Assembly: GCA_964450885.1 (NCBI GenBank)
Contig: CAYVFE010000001.1
Span: forward strand, 502,572 to 566,571
Length of the DNA stretch: 64,000 nucleotides
Origin: an uncultured Gammaproteobacteria bacterium
GTDB lineage: Bacteria; Patescibacteriota; Microgenomatia; Levybacterales; GWA1-39-11
Direction of reading: 5' to 3'
Part shown: positions 30,821-39,389 of the stretch, one piece after another
Layout: every line of letters starts with the position of its first letter
How positions within the stretch are numbered: position 1 is the first letter of the stretch
The notes under the pieces: generated by a model
Seen by the model: the letters and a program-made list of their open reading frames with translations, nothing else
What the model was told of the DNA's origin: nothing
The model's database searches: none
Translations under genes and position numbers: made by a program

Positions 30821-31702
30821 TTACATCTGGCGAAGTCTTTTTATACGCTCTTGTGCAGGAGGGTGTGTGCTATATAAGTTCGAGAAGAAATCTCTAGTTT
30901 TTTTCCCGGAGAAAGGATTTTCTATGAACATATGAGCAGTCGCATGGGAGGAGTTCTTTAGCTTTGGGTGTCTGCTTATTTTTTCAAGAGCTGAAGCAAG
31001 ACCTTCTGGATAGCGAGTGAGAAGCGCTCCGCTAGCGTCCGCCAGATATTCACGTTTTCTACTGACAGAAAGTTTTATGAGGGTCGCTGCTATGGGTGCA
31101 AGGATTGCTGCTGCGATTGCTATTATGATCAGTATTCCATTGCTGTTTTTTCTATCACTGCCCCCAAAGATAAGACTTCGCAGAAAGAAGTCTGAAATAA
31201 TAGCAATGCTCCCAGCCAGGATGGTGACAAGGCTCATGAGTCGTATATCGTAATTTCTCACATGTGAGAGTTCATGTGCGATAACGCCTTCGAGCTCCTG
31301 CTTGTCCAATGCTTGAAGAAGTCCTGTCGTCGCAGCGATGGCGCTATGCTCCGGGTCACGTCCGGTGGCAAAAGCGTTCATGGCTGGATCCTGCATGACA
31401 TAAACCTTTGGAATTTTTTGTCCAAGACCGATAGATAGATTTTCAACTATGCTGTAAAGCTGAGGATAGTCTTCCTTTTTAACAGGTTTTGCATTAGATA
31501 GAGAAAGTACAATTTTATCCGAATTGTAGTATGAAATATACGTGATAATTCCGAAGATTACTAAAAATACACCTAGTCCTAACAGTCCGAAGTCAAAAAA
31601 TAAAGAGATGATATAGCCAAAAATAATGGTGAAAATTATGAATCCCAGTATCAGAAGTATTGTTTTCCTCTTATTAGAGGCTATCTGTTGATAGATATTC
31701 AT
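30821..31702 (-). CDS. htpX: M48-family zinc metalloprotease HtpX.
   Basis: Two N-terminal TM helices, HELSHV (HExxH), and two further TM helices. Confidence 0.85.
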   Translation of the reverse strand: MNIYQQIASNKRKTILLILGFIIFTIIFGYIISLFFDFGLLGLGVFLVIFGIITYISYYNSDKIVLSLSNAKPVKKEDYPQLYSIVENLSIGLGQKIPKVYVMQDPAMNAFATGRDPEHSAIAATTGLLQALDKQELEGVIAHELSHVRNYDIRLMSLVTILAGSIAIISDFFLRSLIFGGSDRKNSNGILIIIAIAAAILAPIAATLIKLSVSRKREYLADASGALLTRYPEGLASALEKISRHPKLKNSSHATAHMFIENPFSGKKTRDFFSNLYSTHPPAQERIKRLRQM

Positions 31703-31707
31703 AAATA

Positions 31708-32259
31708 CTAGAAGGATACTTTAATAGGTTCGCGGGATGATGGTTCTGCTTCAAAGAATTGCTCCTCCTTAAAATTAAATTGTCCTGCTATCAAGTTTGT
31801 AGGAAACATTTTGATCTTAGTGTTGTATGAGAGCACATTTGAGTTATAGAACTGTCTGGAGTACGAGATCTTGTCCTCAGTGTCAGTTAGTTCGTCTTGA
31901 AGTTTTGAAAAGTTCGCACTTGCTTTAAGATCAGGGTAACTTTCTGCTACAGCAAAAAGACTTTTTAATGTATCAGTAAGCATGTTGTTTGCTGCAGCTT
32001 TTTGCTCTGGAGACTTTGCCTCCATGAGAGATGCTCTAGCATTCGTTACATTTTCAAGCACCTGCTTTTCGTGCTTTGCATATCCTTTTACGGTTTCGAT
32101 AAGATTAGGGATGAGGTCTAGGCGTCTTTTTAGCTGGACATCGATGCTGCTTATGGCCTCTTTAATCCTTTCACGAAGAGTTACGAGCTGGTTATATGTC
32201 AGCCATACGAATGCGACAAGTACGAGCGCTATTACTGCAATTCCTATTAAGATTTCCAT
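31708..32259 (-). CDS. lemA: LemA family membrane protein.
   Basis: N-terminal TM helix plus the conserved LemA core (YNQLVTLRE...[14 protein letters not shown]). Confidence 0.85.
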   Translation of the reverse strand: MEILIGIAVIALVLVAFVWLTYNQLVTLRERIKEAISSIDVQLKRRLDLIPNLIETVKGYAKHEKQVLENVTNARASLMEAKSPEQKAAANNMLTDTLKSLFAVAESYPDLKASANFSKLQDELTDTEDKISYSRQFYNSNVLSYNTKIKMFPTNLIAGQFNFKEEQFFEAEPSSREPIKVSF

Positions 32260-32299
32260 AATTTATTCTTGCACAATTTAGCCTGTAAGTCAATGTTAT

Positions 32300-34069
32300 T
32301 TAGCCCTGAATCCACTTCGTTAATTCTGTATATGAAAATGTATTTATAATGTCCTTTTTTTCGCACCAGCCACGCTTGGCGACGGAGACTCCATACTTCA
32401 TATTATCCATATGGGTTACCGCATGACTATCGGTATCTATAACGAATTTACATCCACTTTCTCTCGCTGAAAATACCAAATCATCACGGAGGTCAAGTCG
32501 GGTAGGCCAGGCATTAATTTCGAGTGCTTTATTCTTTTCTTTGATATATTTAAAAATTTTATCCCAGTCTGCATCATATCCGTTCCTTTGATTGATCAAC
32601 CTTCCCGTGGGGTGGGCAAATATTTTAGCTTTGGGGTGTGATAGCCCGGACAGTATTCTCTTTGTCATTTTTTCACGTTCGGTCTTGAACGAGCTATGAA
32701 TTGAGACGATTGCCATATCTAACAATTCAAGACATTTATCTGATAAGGCCAACTTTCCTGAGGTCAAAATATCAACTTCGAGTAAATTAACTATTCGTAT
32801 ATTTTTGTTACTCTTTTTTAGTTGTTCAATTTTATTATTCCTTTTAACGAGAATCTGATATATTTCATTCTCATCGTGGTTGCCGATGCTAGGATTGTGC
32901 TCAGAAAAACCGATATAATCATAATTTAACGATATAGCCTTGTCGATCATCGTCTGCATAGAGTCTTTCCCATAGTCGTGGCTGGAGTCCAGTGGATAGT
33001 CGGAGTGTATATGAAAGTCTCCTTTAATATCGTCTATTTCAACTAGCTTTGGCAATTTGTCTTTTAGAGCAGCTTCAATTTCCCCTCTATTCTCTCTTAT
33101 TTCAGGTTGTATCCATGGAAGACCTAGGAATTTATAAAACTCCTTTTCGTCACTGAATTTTTTAAGTTTCCCATTCTTTAATTTGATACCTTTTTCTGAC
33201 AGTGAATAGCCTTTTTTAATCGCGTATTCCCGAAGTTTTACGTTGTGTTCCTTGCTTCCTGTAAAGTGCTGTAATAGTGAGCCTATCTGCTCTGGACTTA
33301 GGACCATAAGATCTACCTGCTTATTCCCAGACAATACGATCGATGCTGTTATTTCTCCTTTTTCTATAATTCTATCTTTATGTGGGTAATTTACGAAATG
33401 TTCCAGAACTTTTGAGGGATTTTTGGAAGTTATTGCTATATCAACGTCTCCAATGGTTGGTTTTTTTCTTCTGAGGCTGCCAAGAGGATATGCTTCAATA
33501 GTCTCCTTCTCTTTTTTGAGGTATTCCAAGATATCATCGGCTATGTCTTGGGCCAGGGGGAGAACCATTCTGGCTGATTTTGTTTTTCCGACCCGATATT
33601 CCTCAATGGCTGTTATTATGTCTGCTTGAGATTTCTCTCCAAAACCATCAAGGGGTGATATCTTATTTTCTTTTGCGAGCTTATAGATTTTGTCGATCAC
33701 ATCTTTCGGGTCTTTGAGCCCAAAAGCATCGACGATTCTGAAAGCTTTTTTCGGGCCAAAAGATGGCACATCCAAAAGCGGGAAAATAGCCGGAGATAGC
33801 GCGCCTAGTATTTCATCGAAATGCTTTACTTTACCTTTCTCAAAAAGTTCTAATAAATGCGCTCTTATGCTTGGTCCAACACCTGGGAGTCTGTCTAGTT
33901 GGTCTTGAGAAAGCAGATCTTTTACTTCCTTGCTCGAGCTTTCTATCGTGTCTGCTGCCTTTTTGTACGCTAATATCTGAAATCTATATTTACCCTCATT
34001 TTTTATAGTGTAAGCGCCTGCGACGTTATTTAAAAGTCTGGCAATTTCTAAGTTAGAAAAAGACTTCAT
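32300..34069 (-). CDS. Family X DNA polymerase with a C-terminal PHP domain (PolX).
   Basis: HhH motifs, nucleotidyltransferase motif GDVDIAITS, and a PHP domain (DFHIHSDYP...HSSF...DTDSH). I place the start at MKSFSNLEIARLL. The longer track ORF (to 34285) is the antisense translation of tRNA-Asp. Confidence 0.85.
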   Translation of the reverse strand: MKSFSNLEIARLLNNVAGAYTIKNEGKYRFQILAYKKAADTIESSSKEVKDLLSQDQLDRLPGVGPSIRAHLLELFEKGKVKHFDEILGALSPAIFPLLDVPSFGPKKAFRIVDAFGLKDPKDVIDKIYKLAKENKISPLDGFGEKSQADIITAIEEYRVGKTKSARMVLPLAQDIADDILEYLKKEKETIEAYPLGSLRRKKPTIGDVDIAITSKNPSKVLEHFVNYPHKDRIIEKGEITASIVLSGNKQVDLMVLSPEQIGSLLQHFTGSKEHNVKLREYAIKKGYSLSEKGIKLKNGKLKKFSDEKEFYKFLGLPWIQPEIRENRGEIEAALKDKLPKLVEIDDIKGDFHIHSDYPLDSSHDYGKDSMQTMIDKAISLNYDYIGFSEHNPSIGNHDENEIYQILVKRNNKIEQLKKSNKNIRIVNLLEVDILTSGKLALSDKCLELLDMAIVSIHSSFKTEREKMTKRILSGLSHPKAKIFAHPTGRLINQRNGYDADWDKIFKYIKEKNKALEINAWPTRLDLRDDLVFSARESGCKFVIDTDSHAVTHMDNMKYGVSVAKRGWCEKKDIINTFSYTELTKWIQG

Positions 34070-34076
34070 AATTGAT

Positions 34077-34085
34077 ATGATATCA
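34077..34085 (-). promoter_or_regulatory. Extended -10 element (TGaTATCAT) 7 nt upstream of the PolX ATG; candidate leaderless-mRNA promoter.
   Basis: Minus strand reads gTGaTATCATatcaatTATG. Confidence 0.3.
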
Positions 34086-34100
34086 CACGCACAAATCTCA

Positions 34101-34129
34101 TTGACGGTAAACTTAATTTCTGGTAGTAT
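34101..34129 (+). promoter_or_regulatory. Candidate promoter for tRNA-Asp: -35 TTGACG, 17 nt spacer, extended -10 TGgTAGTAT.
   Basis: TTGACGgtaaacttaatttcTGgTAGTAT lies 12 nt upstream of the tRNA 5-prime end. Confidence 0.4.
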
Positions 34130-34141
34130 TATGAGCATTGT

Positions 34142-34215
34142 GGGGTGGTAGCTCAGTTGGCTAGAGCGCTTCCCTGTCACGGAAGAGGTCGCGGGTCCGA
34201 GTCCCGTCCATCCCG
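34142..34215 (+). tRNA. tRNA-Asp (GTC).
   Basis: Hand-folded cloverleaf: acceptor GGGGTGG/CCATCCC, anticodon stem CTTCC/GGAAG with loop CTGTCAC, T-loop TCCGAGT, discriminator G. CCA is not encoded. Confidence 0.85.
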
Positions 34216-34368
34216 CATAAAATTTGATAGACCTTTTAATGCAAGTTGTTTTTGCAATTTGTATAAAAAACGAGTATATATACAACAGTTAAGTTTTACT
34301 TGACACTCAATCTTGCCCTGAATTTAAAAGCTTCTGCCCAGAAAGGAGGCGAAAAACTTCTTAATAAA

Positions 34369-35004
34369 ATGGCAAAAAAAACAACAAAAAACAATTTCGA
34401 TATTAAACAGCTTATAGATAACTCAGGTTCTTATAAGAATCTTATTTACGGAGCAGTAACAGTTTTGATTCTTGCTGTAATCGTGTTTTTAGGAATAAGG
34501 ACACTTTCTCAAAATCAAGGAGATATCAATGATGATGCTGTAACTGTAAGTGAGGATCAGAACGCAGTCGAATATGATGTAGCAGAGGGAGAGACCTTGT
34601 GGAGTATTTCTGAAAAAGTTTATGGAACTGGATTCAACTGGCAGGTAATTGCTGATGCGAATAATCTTGAGGACGGAAACAATCTTGAGGCAGGAACAAA
34701 GCTAACGATTCCAAATCTAACACCAACAGCTGCTGAGGATGAAGAGTCCGAGCAAGCGATGGAAACAGAAGAAAACGTGGCGGAAGCAACTGTTACTCCA
34801 GCACCAACAAGTGCTGAAACGGATACCCAGGATCCTAAGGCATCAAATGCTACCGAATATACGGTTAAACACGGTGATAATCTTTGGAAGATTGCTGTAG
34901 CTGAATATGGAGATGGTTACAAGTGGACAGAAATTGCTAAAGCAAATAAGCTCGCAAATCCTAATTTGATCCACTCTGGCAACAAGTTGACTCTACCTAG
35001 ATAG
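34369..35004 (+). CDS. Membrane-anchored LysM-domain (peptidoglycan-binding) protein with two LysM repeats.
   Basis: TM helix, then YDVAEGETLWSISEKVYG...LEAGTKLTIP and YTVKHGDNLWKIAVAEYG...HSGNKLTLP. AAAGGAGG lies upstream of the ATG at 34369; the track starts at TTG 34300. Confidence 0.75.
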   Translation: MAKKTTKNNFDIKQLIDNSGSYKNLIYGAVTVLILAVIVFLGIRTLSQNQGDINDDAVTVSEDQNAVEYDVAEGETLWSISEKVYGTGFNWQVIADANNLEDGNNLEAGTKLTIPNLTPTAAEDEESEQAMETEENVAEATVTPAPTSAETDTQDPKASNATEYTVKHGDNLWKIAVAEYGDGYKWTEIAKANKLANPNLIHSGNKLTLPR

Positions 35005-35124
35005 GTCCTGTCCTTAATAAGTGCTTTAGTTGGTGATCTGATTCGAATATAATAATAAAAGAATCGATCGAAAAAGGCTTTGCGAGGATAGACCATCTAG
35101 ATAGATAAGACTCCTCGTAATATT

Positions 35125-35196
35125 GCGAGGGTAGTTCAGCGGTAGAATGTCTCCTTCCCAAGGAGAAGGTCGCGGGTTCAATTCCCGTCCCTCGCT
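35125..35196 (+). tRNA. tRNA-Gly (CCC).
   Basis: Acceptor GCGAGGG/CCCTCGC, anticodon stem TCTCC/GGAGA with loop TTCCCAA, T-arm GCGGG-TTCAATT-CCCGT, discriminator U. CCA is not encoded. Confidence 0.8.
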
Positions 35197-35232
35197 CACA
35201 TATTTCCGAACTTGTCGGATTCATATGTCAGG

Positions 35233-35718
35233 ATGGACAGCAAAACACAAAAATTACTAACCGATGGATTGATTGCAGGTTATGCAGGTCAAAGCGAATT
35301 GTCTGATGTCATAAGAAGCACGTTCGTAGGAAAGCAGAGCGATTTTTCGGTCGGGGATGGAATATATCATGATGAGTGGTTTGCCCATGAGATTGGCGGT
35401 GGTCAGGAACTTGTCGACGCGGGAGGAAGCAAATTTACGAGATTGTATGCCGGCGGATCACTGGAAGCAAAGAGTGTTAAATCTTTAGGGATAGCGCAGC
35501 AAGATATTTCGGATTTCTTAAAAAAGCAGCTGATTGATTTAGGAGGAAAAACCCGCTTACTTGACGACTGTCTGCCAGCGCCAGTTGGAGATTGGCAATA
35601 TTTTTATAGGATTTTAGAGAGACATTCGTCTATTCCGATTACGACAGGCCGTGAATCGATTACATATAAAGGGACGGAGGTCCATATTCATCAATTCATG
35701 ATTTGTTGCATCAAATAA
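35233..35718 (+). CDS. Hypothetical protein, Gly-rich, no TM helix.
   Basis: Intact ORF. I place the start at the internal ATG because the TTG at 35212 abuts the tRNA. No family recognised. Confidence 0.4.
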   Translation: MDSKTQKLLTDGLIAGYAGQSELSDVIRSTFVGKQSDFSVGDGIYHDEWFAHEIGGGQELVDAGGSKFTRLYAGGSLEAKSVKSLGIAQQDISDFLKKQLIDLGGKTRLLDDCLPAPVGDWQYFYRILERHSSIPITTGRESITYKGTEVHIHQFMICCIK

Positions 35719-35725
35719 TTCATTA

Positions 35726-35754
35726 TTGACAGTGTTTTTTGGATTTGATATATT
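35726..35754 (+). promoter_or_regulatory. Near-consensus sigma70 promoter: -35 TTGACA, 17 nt spacer, -10 TATATT, ending 5 nt before the pyrG GTG start.
   Basis: cattaTTGACAgtgttttttggatttgaTATATTaaaccGTG. Confidence 0.6.
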
Positions 35755-35759
35755 AAACC

Positions 35760-37418
35760 GTGCCGAAAAAGAATAGTACAAAATATATATTCGTTTCAGG
35801 CGGAGTTATCTCAGGAATAGGAAAGGGGATAACAGTAGCCTCGACGGCACTTCTTCTCAAAAATTCAGGTTTTAAAGTAGCCCCTATAAAATTCGAAAAC
35901 TATCTAAATCTTGACGCAGGAACCATAAACCCTATAGAGCACGGTGATCCATTTCTTTGCGAAGACGGAACAGAAGGAGACATGGATATAGGGACTTATG
36001 AGAAATATCTTGATGAGGACATGGGCAAGCTCAACTTCGTCACTATGGGTAAGATTTACCATACGGTCCTTATGCGCGAGCGTGAATTTGGCTATAATGG
36101 TGAAGATGTAGAGGCAATTCCTCATGTAACAGATGAAATCATAAGAAGAATTGATGCCGTAGCAAACGACAAAAAGGCAGATATAGTAATAATAGAACTG
36201 GGAGGTACAGCGGGAGAATATCAGAATGCGCTGTATTATGAAGCTTCAAGAATCCTTACACTGAGAAAGCCGGATGATGTAGCGCACATTCATGTAAGTT
36301 ATGTGCCTGTTCCTTCTCATCTAGGTGAACCCAAGACTAAGCCAACGCAACTTTCTGTGAGAACCCTTAATTCGATGGGCATTCAACCGGATTTTATAGT
36401 TGCAAGGTCCGAAATCGATCTGGACGAAAGACGACGTGAACGATTCGCGCTTTTTTGTAATATGCACAAAGAAAATGTCATATCAAGTCCCGATGTTGAA
36501 AGCGTTTATGAGATTCCTTTAGTCCTAGATAGACAGAATTTTGCACAAAAAATCCAAAAAAGACTGAAGCTTCCCATCAAGGATCCTAACCTTTCAGAGT
36601 GGAGGAGTGTGGTAGACAAGGTAAAAGCTAAAAAAAGAAAAGATGTGACGATCGCAATCGTGGGTAAATACTTTTCGACTGGTGACTATCACATCAGGGA
36701 TTCATATGCAGCGCTTTTGGATGCGATAGACCATGCATCGTGGAGCGTCGGAGTGAAGGTAAAAACGGTTTGGATTGACTCTGAGAAAGTTGAGAAAAAT
36801 GGCGAAAGTATCATCGGAAACCCTGACGGAATAATTGTTCCGATAGGTTGGGGGAATAGAGGATCTGAGGGTATGATAACCGCGGCGTCCTATGCTAGGC
36901 GCAAAAAAATCCCCTATTTGGGACTTTGTTATGGTATGCAGCTTGCATGTGTTGCCTATGCCAGGGATATGCTGGGACTTAAGGATGCGAATACAGCCGA
37001 AAATGATGGTAAAACTAAGAACGCAGTTATTCATCTGATGCCAGCTCAAGAGGAAATTATGAAAAACCGTGCTTATGGAGGCACGATGCGTTTGGGAGGA
37101 TGGGAGGCAATAGTTAAGAAAGATACCATTGCTTTTAAGGCGTATGAAAAATATGGAGAGATTGATAAAAAAACAGGTTTGACCTCAGAGCGTCACAGAC
37201 ACAGATATGAATTCAACGACGAGTATGCGAAGGATTTTGAAAGAACTGGATTTGTTATAAGCGCTAGGTCTGTTGTAGAGAATCTGACCGAAATAATCGA
37301 GCTTCCTAAAAAAGATCACCCTTTTTATCTGGGAACGCAGGGTCATCCTGAATATAAAAGCAGGCCAAACAGACCGCACCCATTGTTCATAGAGCTACTA
37401 AAAGCATCTTCGAAGTGA
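35760..37418 (+). CDS. pyrG: CTP synthase.
   Basis: KYIFVSGGVISGIGKGI, then the synthetase domain, then a class I GATase domain (GLCYGMQ). GTG start according to the ORF track. Confidence 0.97.
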   Translation: MPKKNSTKYIFVSGGVISGIGKGITVASTALLLKNSGFKVAPIKFENYLNLDAGTINPIEHGDPFLCEDGTEGDMDIGTYEKYLDEDMGKLNFVTMGKIYHTVLMREREFGYNGEDVEAIPHVTDEIIRRIDAVANDKKADIVIIELGGTAGEYQNALYYEASRILTLRKPDDVAHIHVSYVPVPSHLGEPKTKPTQLSVRTLNSMGIQPDFIVARSEIDLDERRRERFALFCNMHKENVISSPDVESVYEIPLVLDRQNFAQKIQKRLKLPIKDPNLSEWRSVVDKVKAKKRKDVTIAIVGKYFSTGDYHIRDSYAALLDAIDHASWSVGVKVKTVWIDSEKVEKNGESIIGNPDGIIVPIGWGNRGSEGMITAASYARRKKIPYLGLCYGMQLACVAYARDMLGLKDANTAENDGKTKNAVIHLMPAQEEIMKNRAYGGTMRLGGWEAIVKKDTIAFKAYEKYGEIDKKTGLTSERHRHRYEFNDEYAKDFERTGFVISARSVVENLTEIIELPKKDHPFYLGTQGHPEYKSRPNRPHPLFIELLKASSK

Positions 37419-37460
37419 ACTTCTGGAAATCTGAACTAGAATATTGTATAATTCAAACTT

Positions 37461-37706
37461 ATGGAAACCAAAGATATAAGGCGAAAAAATATAGTCAAAG
37501 TTTCACAAAAAATCAATGACGGAAAGCGCGAACGCGTAATATCTTTTACTGGTGAGGTTATAAAGTCAAGAGGGATCAGCGATAACAAGATGATAACTGT
37601 AAGACAGAATTTAGATGGTGTTGAAGTCGACAGGATATTGCCGGTCGTGCACCCATCCATAGTTGATATTGAGATTTTACAAAAAGCCGCAAAAAAGAAA
37701 AAATAA
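37461..37706 (+). CDS. rplS: Ribosomal protein bL19, compact form (81 aa).
   Basis: IVKVSQKINDGKRERVISFTGEVIKSRG...TVRQNLDGVEVDRILPVVHPSIVDIEIL aligns to the bL19 core ([21 protein letters not shown]...TVRKIS.GEGVERVF..HSP). An in-frame stop 12 nt upstream excludes a longer N-terminus. Confidence 0.75.
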   Translation: METKDIRRKNIVKVSQKINDGKRERVISFTGEVIKSRGISDNKMITVRQNLDGVEVDRILPVVHPSIVDIEILQKAAKKKK

Positions 37707-37741
37707 TAGATTTATTCTTCTTCCTTTAGTATTCTAATAGT

Positions 37742-38089
37742 GTGCGTCAAAAAGGTATAGATGGTGAGTTAATTGCCTCTGATTTCTTAAAAAAATTGGG
37801 TTATAAAATTATCACAAAAAATTTTCATTCAAGATTTGGTGAGGTCGATATAATAGCGAGCCGTGGTAGGACAATAGTTTTTGTTGAAGTAAAACTTCGC
37901 TACAATAATTCATTTGGTACGCCTTTGGAATCAATTACTCGCTCAAAACTGGAGAAGATTAAAAAAACCGCCCTTTTCTATCTGACGTTAAACAATAAAG
38001 CAGACTCTGACTTTAGGTTTGATGCAGTGGAGATCTTATATCAGGATGGGAGACGCAAGATTAATCACGTCGAGAATATTACGCTTTGA
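37742..38089 (+). CDS. yraN: YraN/UPF0102 family (PD-(D/E)xK-like) protein.
   Basis: GE.IASDFLKKLGYKII..NF....GEVDIIA...TIVFVEVK matches the family core. GTG start. Confidence 0.7.
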   Translation: MRQKGIDGELIASDFLKKLGYKIITKNFHSRFGEVDIIASRGRTIVFVEVKLRYNNSFGTPLESITRSKLEKIKKTALFYLTLNNKADSDFRFDAVEILYQDGRRKINHVENITL

Positions 38090-38090
38090 A

Positions 38091-39389
38091 TTATTCCTCC
38101 AGCATCTCTTCATATTCTGAATCGTAGATAGGTTTTATGAGAAATCCCTTCATATCTTTGTAACCAATTAGTATAGGAAATGCTAAATGTGAACGATCAG
38201 CAACCGTTGCTGTGACTGTCATTTTTTTGTCTCCGATCTCGATAGTGACGTTTGCAGTGGGTCTATATCCGGATCCGCTAGCCGAGGACACGAAAACGGA
38301 TTCACCAGTAAGCGGGATATTGAGTTTTTCCAGAAGGGTCCTGTCTATGGAGGAGCGTTTTGCGCCAGTATCCATTTTTGCTTTAGTTTTGTGCAGCTCT
38401 CCATGTGCATGAATTGTTACATCCTGATTTATGGAGAGCACTGTAGGCGATATCTTGATCTTCTCGGAAAAATCTGATGCAAATAGATTTTTGCCTATTT
38501 CAACACCTCTATCGGGATTGCCGACGACCATATCCTCAACGCGTTCTAGCCTGCTTCTCAGTGAGGATCTATTTGCATTTTGGATAGAGAGCCCAGGTCG
38601 CGCGTTTACCTCTAGGATGAGAGGACCCCTGTCCCTATCCAATGCTATATCTATGCCTGCATAACCCAGATTTACTGCAAATTGCGTATTTGAGGCTATT
38701 TTTAACATTTCATCCCAGAAGGGGAGTTTGATTCCCCTGGTTTTTATTTTTGTATCAGGGATGAAGTCCACGTGCTGATCATAGAGGACTGCGCCAGTCG
38801 TTATCCCTGTTCTTATATCGATTCCAAATCCTAACGCTCCTTGGTGCAGGTTGGCTTTTCCATTGGATAGCGAGGTGGGTAGTCTAAGCATGGCCATTAT
38901 GGGGACTGCGTTAAAAGATATAACTCTTATATCAGGAATTCCTCTATCACGGTACTTCTTGAAGAAAGGATGGAGGATTATGCGTTCCTCTATGAAAGCT
39001 ACATCAGGTAGGAATTTTAGCGAATATGCTCCTTCAAATATGTCTAGGACATGCGATTCCAACTGCGGGATGGAATACGAAAGATTTTCGTTGATATATG
39101 CGCTCTCATTTTCAAATTTTCTTACTGGTAGTATTCCAAGTCCTCCATATCCACGGGCCGGCTTTATAACAAAGCCTTTTTTTGGCAGCGATGACCAATC
39201 AAAAGAGATCAGTGCCTCTCTGCTATAAAATGCTTGGATTAGATTTGGTGTAGGTATTCCATTTTCTGCAAGGATTCTTTTTGTCTCCAGTTTGTCATCA
39301 GCGATTTTTTTTGAATCACTGGAATTATATTTGTTGATAAACAGGAAATTTCGGGCATTCATGCCCAGTATGTTTCTACTTACCGGCAT
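38091..39389 (-). CDS. Fusion protein: RimK-like ATP-grasp amidoligase (alpha-L-glutamate ligase-related) plus a C-terminal retropepsin-like aspartic peptidase domain.
   Basis: ATP-grasp: FVIKPARGYGGLGILPV, LEVNARPGLSIQNAN. C-terminal ~120 aa carry the aspartic protease motif MDTGAKRSSI (DTGA) and a beta-rich fold. Overlaps the upstream 7TM gene by 14 nt. Confidence 0.7.
   Translation of the reverse strand: MPVSRNILGMNARNFLFINKYNSSDSKKIADDKLETKRILAENGIPTPNLIQAFYSREALISFDWSSLPKKGFVIKPARGYGGLGILPVRKFENESAYINENLSYSIPQLESHVLDIFEGAYSLKFLPDVAFIEERIILHPFFKKYRDRGIPDIRVISFNAVPIMAMLRLPTSLSNGKANLHQGALGFGIDIRTGITTGAVLYDQHVDFIPDTKIKTRGIKLPFWDEMLKIASNTQFAVNLGYAGIDIALDRDRGPLILEVNARPGLSIQNANRSSLRSRLERVEDMVVGNPDRGVEIGKNLFASDFSEKIKISPTVLSINQDVTIHAHGELHKTKAKMDTGAKRSSIDRTLLEKLNIPLTGESVFVSSASGSGYRPTANVTIEIGDKKMTVTATVADRSHLAFPILIGYKDMKGFLIKPIYDSEYEEMLEE

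Noticed and set aside
34070-34285. N-terminal extension of the PolX ORF in the six-frame track (MYIYSFF...AGWTGLGPATSS...).
   Set aside because: It is the antisense translation of tRNA-Asp and its promoter region. The conserved PolX sequence begins at MKSFSNLEIARLL (ATG at 34069).
34997-35224. A 75 aa minus-strand ORF.
   Set aside because: It lies antisense across tRNA-Gly and the acceptor-stem hairpin, so it is spurious.
37741-37745. Apparent 1 nt discrepancy between my hand-read frame for the yraN GTG start and the track coordinate 37742.
   Set aside because: This is most likely my own indexing slip within a line. The track coordinates are used, and this is why the hand-derived RNA and regulatory coordinates carry the +/-1-2 nt caveat stated in the summary.
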